DNA of 64,000 bases from Macrostomum lignano. Lineage: Eukaryota. Positions 63,562 to 64,000 of the stretch are shown piece after piece. Every line of letters starts with the position of its first letter. The stretch's first letter is position 1. Under the pieces are notes generated by a model that did no database searches, was not told the DNA's origin, and saw only the letters and a program-made list of their open reading frames with translations. The position numbers and the translations under genes were made by a program. Where the stretch lies: NCBI GenBank assembly GCA_002269645.1, contig NIVC01000146.1, positions 124,001-188,000 on the forward strand, read 5' to 3'.

Positions 63562-64000
63562 ATTTACCAGTGAGCGGTGAGGTTTGCAACCGGCTGGCTG
63601 ACAGTTTTGCCCAGCTGCCCGCTTGCGAGACAGTCGTGCCGCTGCCCACCTGCCCATCAGTGCCTGTCCTGCTGCTGACCCGCTCCTCAGACTCCGCCGC
63701 TGACGCCAGAGCCAAGTTTGATTCGCTGTCTAACAACCAGTGCACAATTCATTGCCAGGTGGCCGACTCGCTAGATAGTTACCATGGCAACGCTGTTAGA
63801 TTCTTGTCCATTGCTAAGTTGCGCGGCGATAGAGAGGCTTGGATTGTCCACGAGGTTAGCGTCACCGCGGACTGCCAGCAGGCGATGATCGGTGGCCAAA
63901 TCGTGATGGACAGCGAGCTTTACGAGCCTCTGTGTGGCCTGCGCGACTCCCAGCCCATCAGGCTGGCTCTGTTTCTCTTGATGACGTGCCAGACGAACTC
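63562..64000 (+). CDS. Unidentified protein, exon running off the window end (DLPVSGEVCNRLADSFAQLP...IRLALFLLMTCQTN)
   Basis: gctgcag|AT acceptor; 145 further codons with no stop; GC3-rich; no resemblance to the RECQL4 C-terminus that I can recognise. Confidence 0.65.

Overview
This is animal genomic DNA with spliceosomal GT-AG introns. GC-rich exons with poly-Gln/poly-Ala runs sit among introns packed with minisatellites; by my rough sum of array spans, tandem repeats make up about 25 kb (about 40%) of the window. The style suggests a free-living flatworm such as Macrostomum, which is an inference only. All gene models were spliced by eye from splice signals, phase continuity and remembered homologue sequences; no alignment or search was run. 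Five multi-exon genes could be built: (1) a MAP4K4/MINK/TNIK/misshapen-family kinase with a CNH domain (minus, 5 exons, 11299-4435, 1149 aa); (2) calcineurin A catalytic subunit (plus, 10 core exons, 16088-37483, 488 aa), with a candidate alternative first exon and two candidate frame-preserving microexons (18 and 9 nt); (3) an unrecognised 190-aa two-TM protein (minus, 43531-39644) whose last codons plus stop are tandemly amplified as a 69-bp array carrying DR4-type nuclear-receptor elements; (4) an approximately 626-aa low-complexity protein with a C-terminal dynein-light-chain (LC8)-like domain (minus, 55888-51766); (5) RECQL4 (plus, from 58095, 5 exons, incomplete). After RECQL4 comes an unrelated coding unit that runs off the window end. 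Also present are four hAT-type MITEs with 8-bp target-site duplications (TSDs), a long-TIR element with a 7-bp TSD, a probable LINE 3' remnant and more than 30 distinct tandem arrays. Most long ORFs in the supplied track are artefacts of stop-free repeats. No tRNA, rRNA or CRISPR array was recognised.
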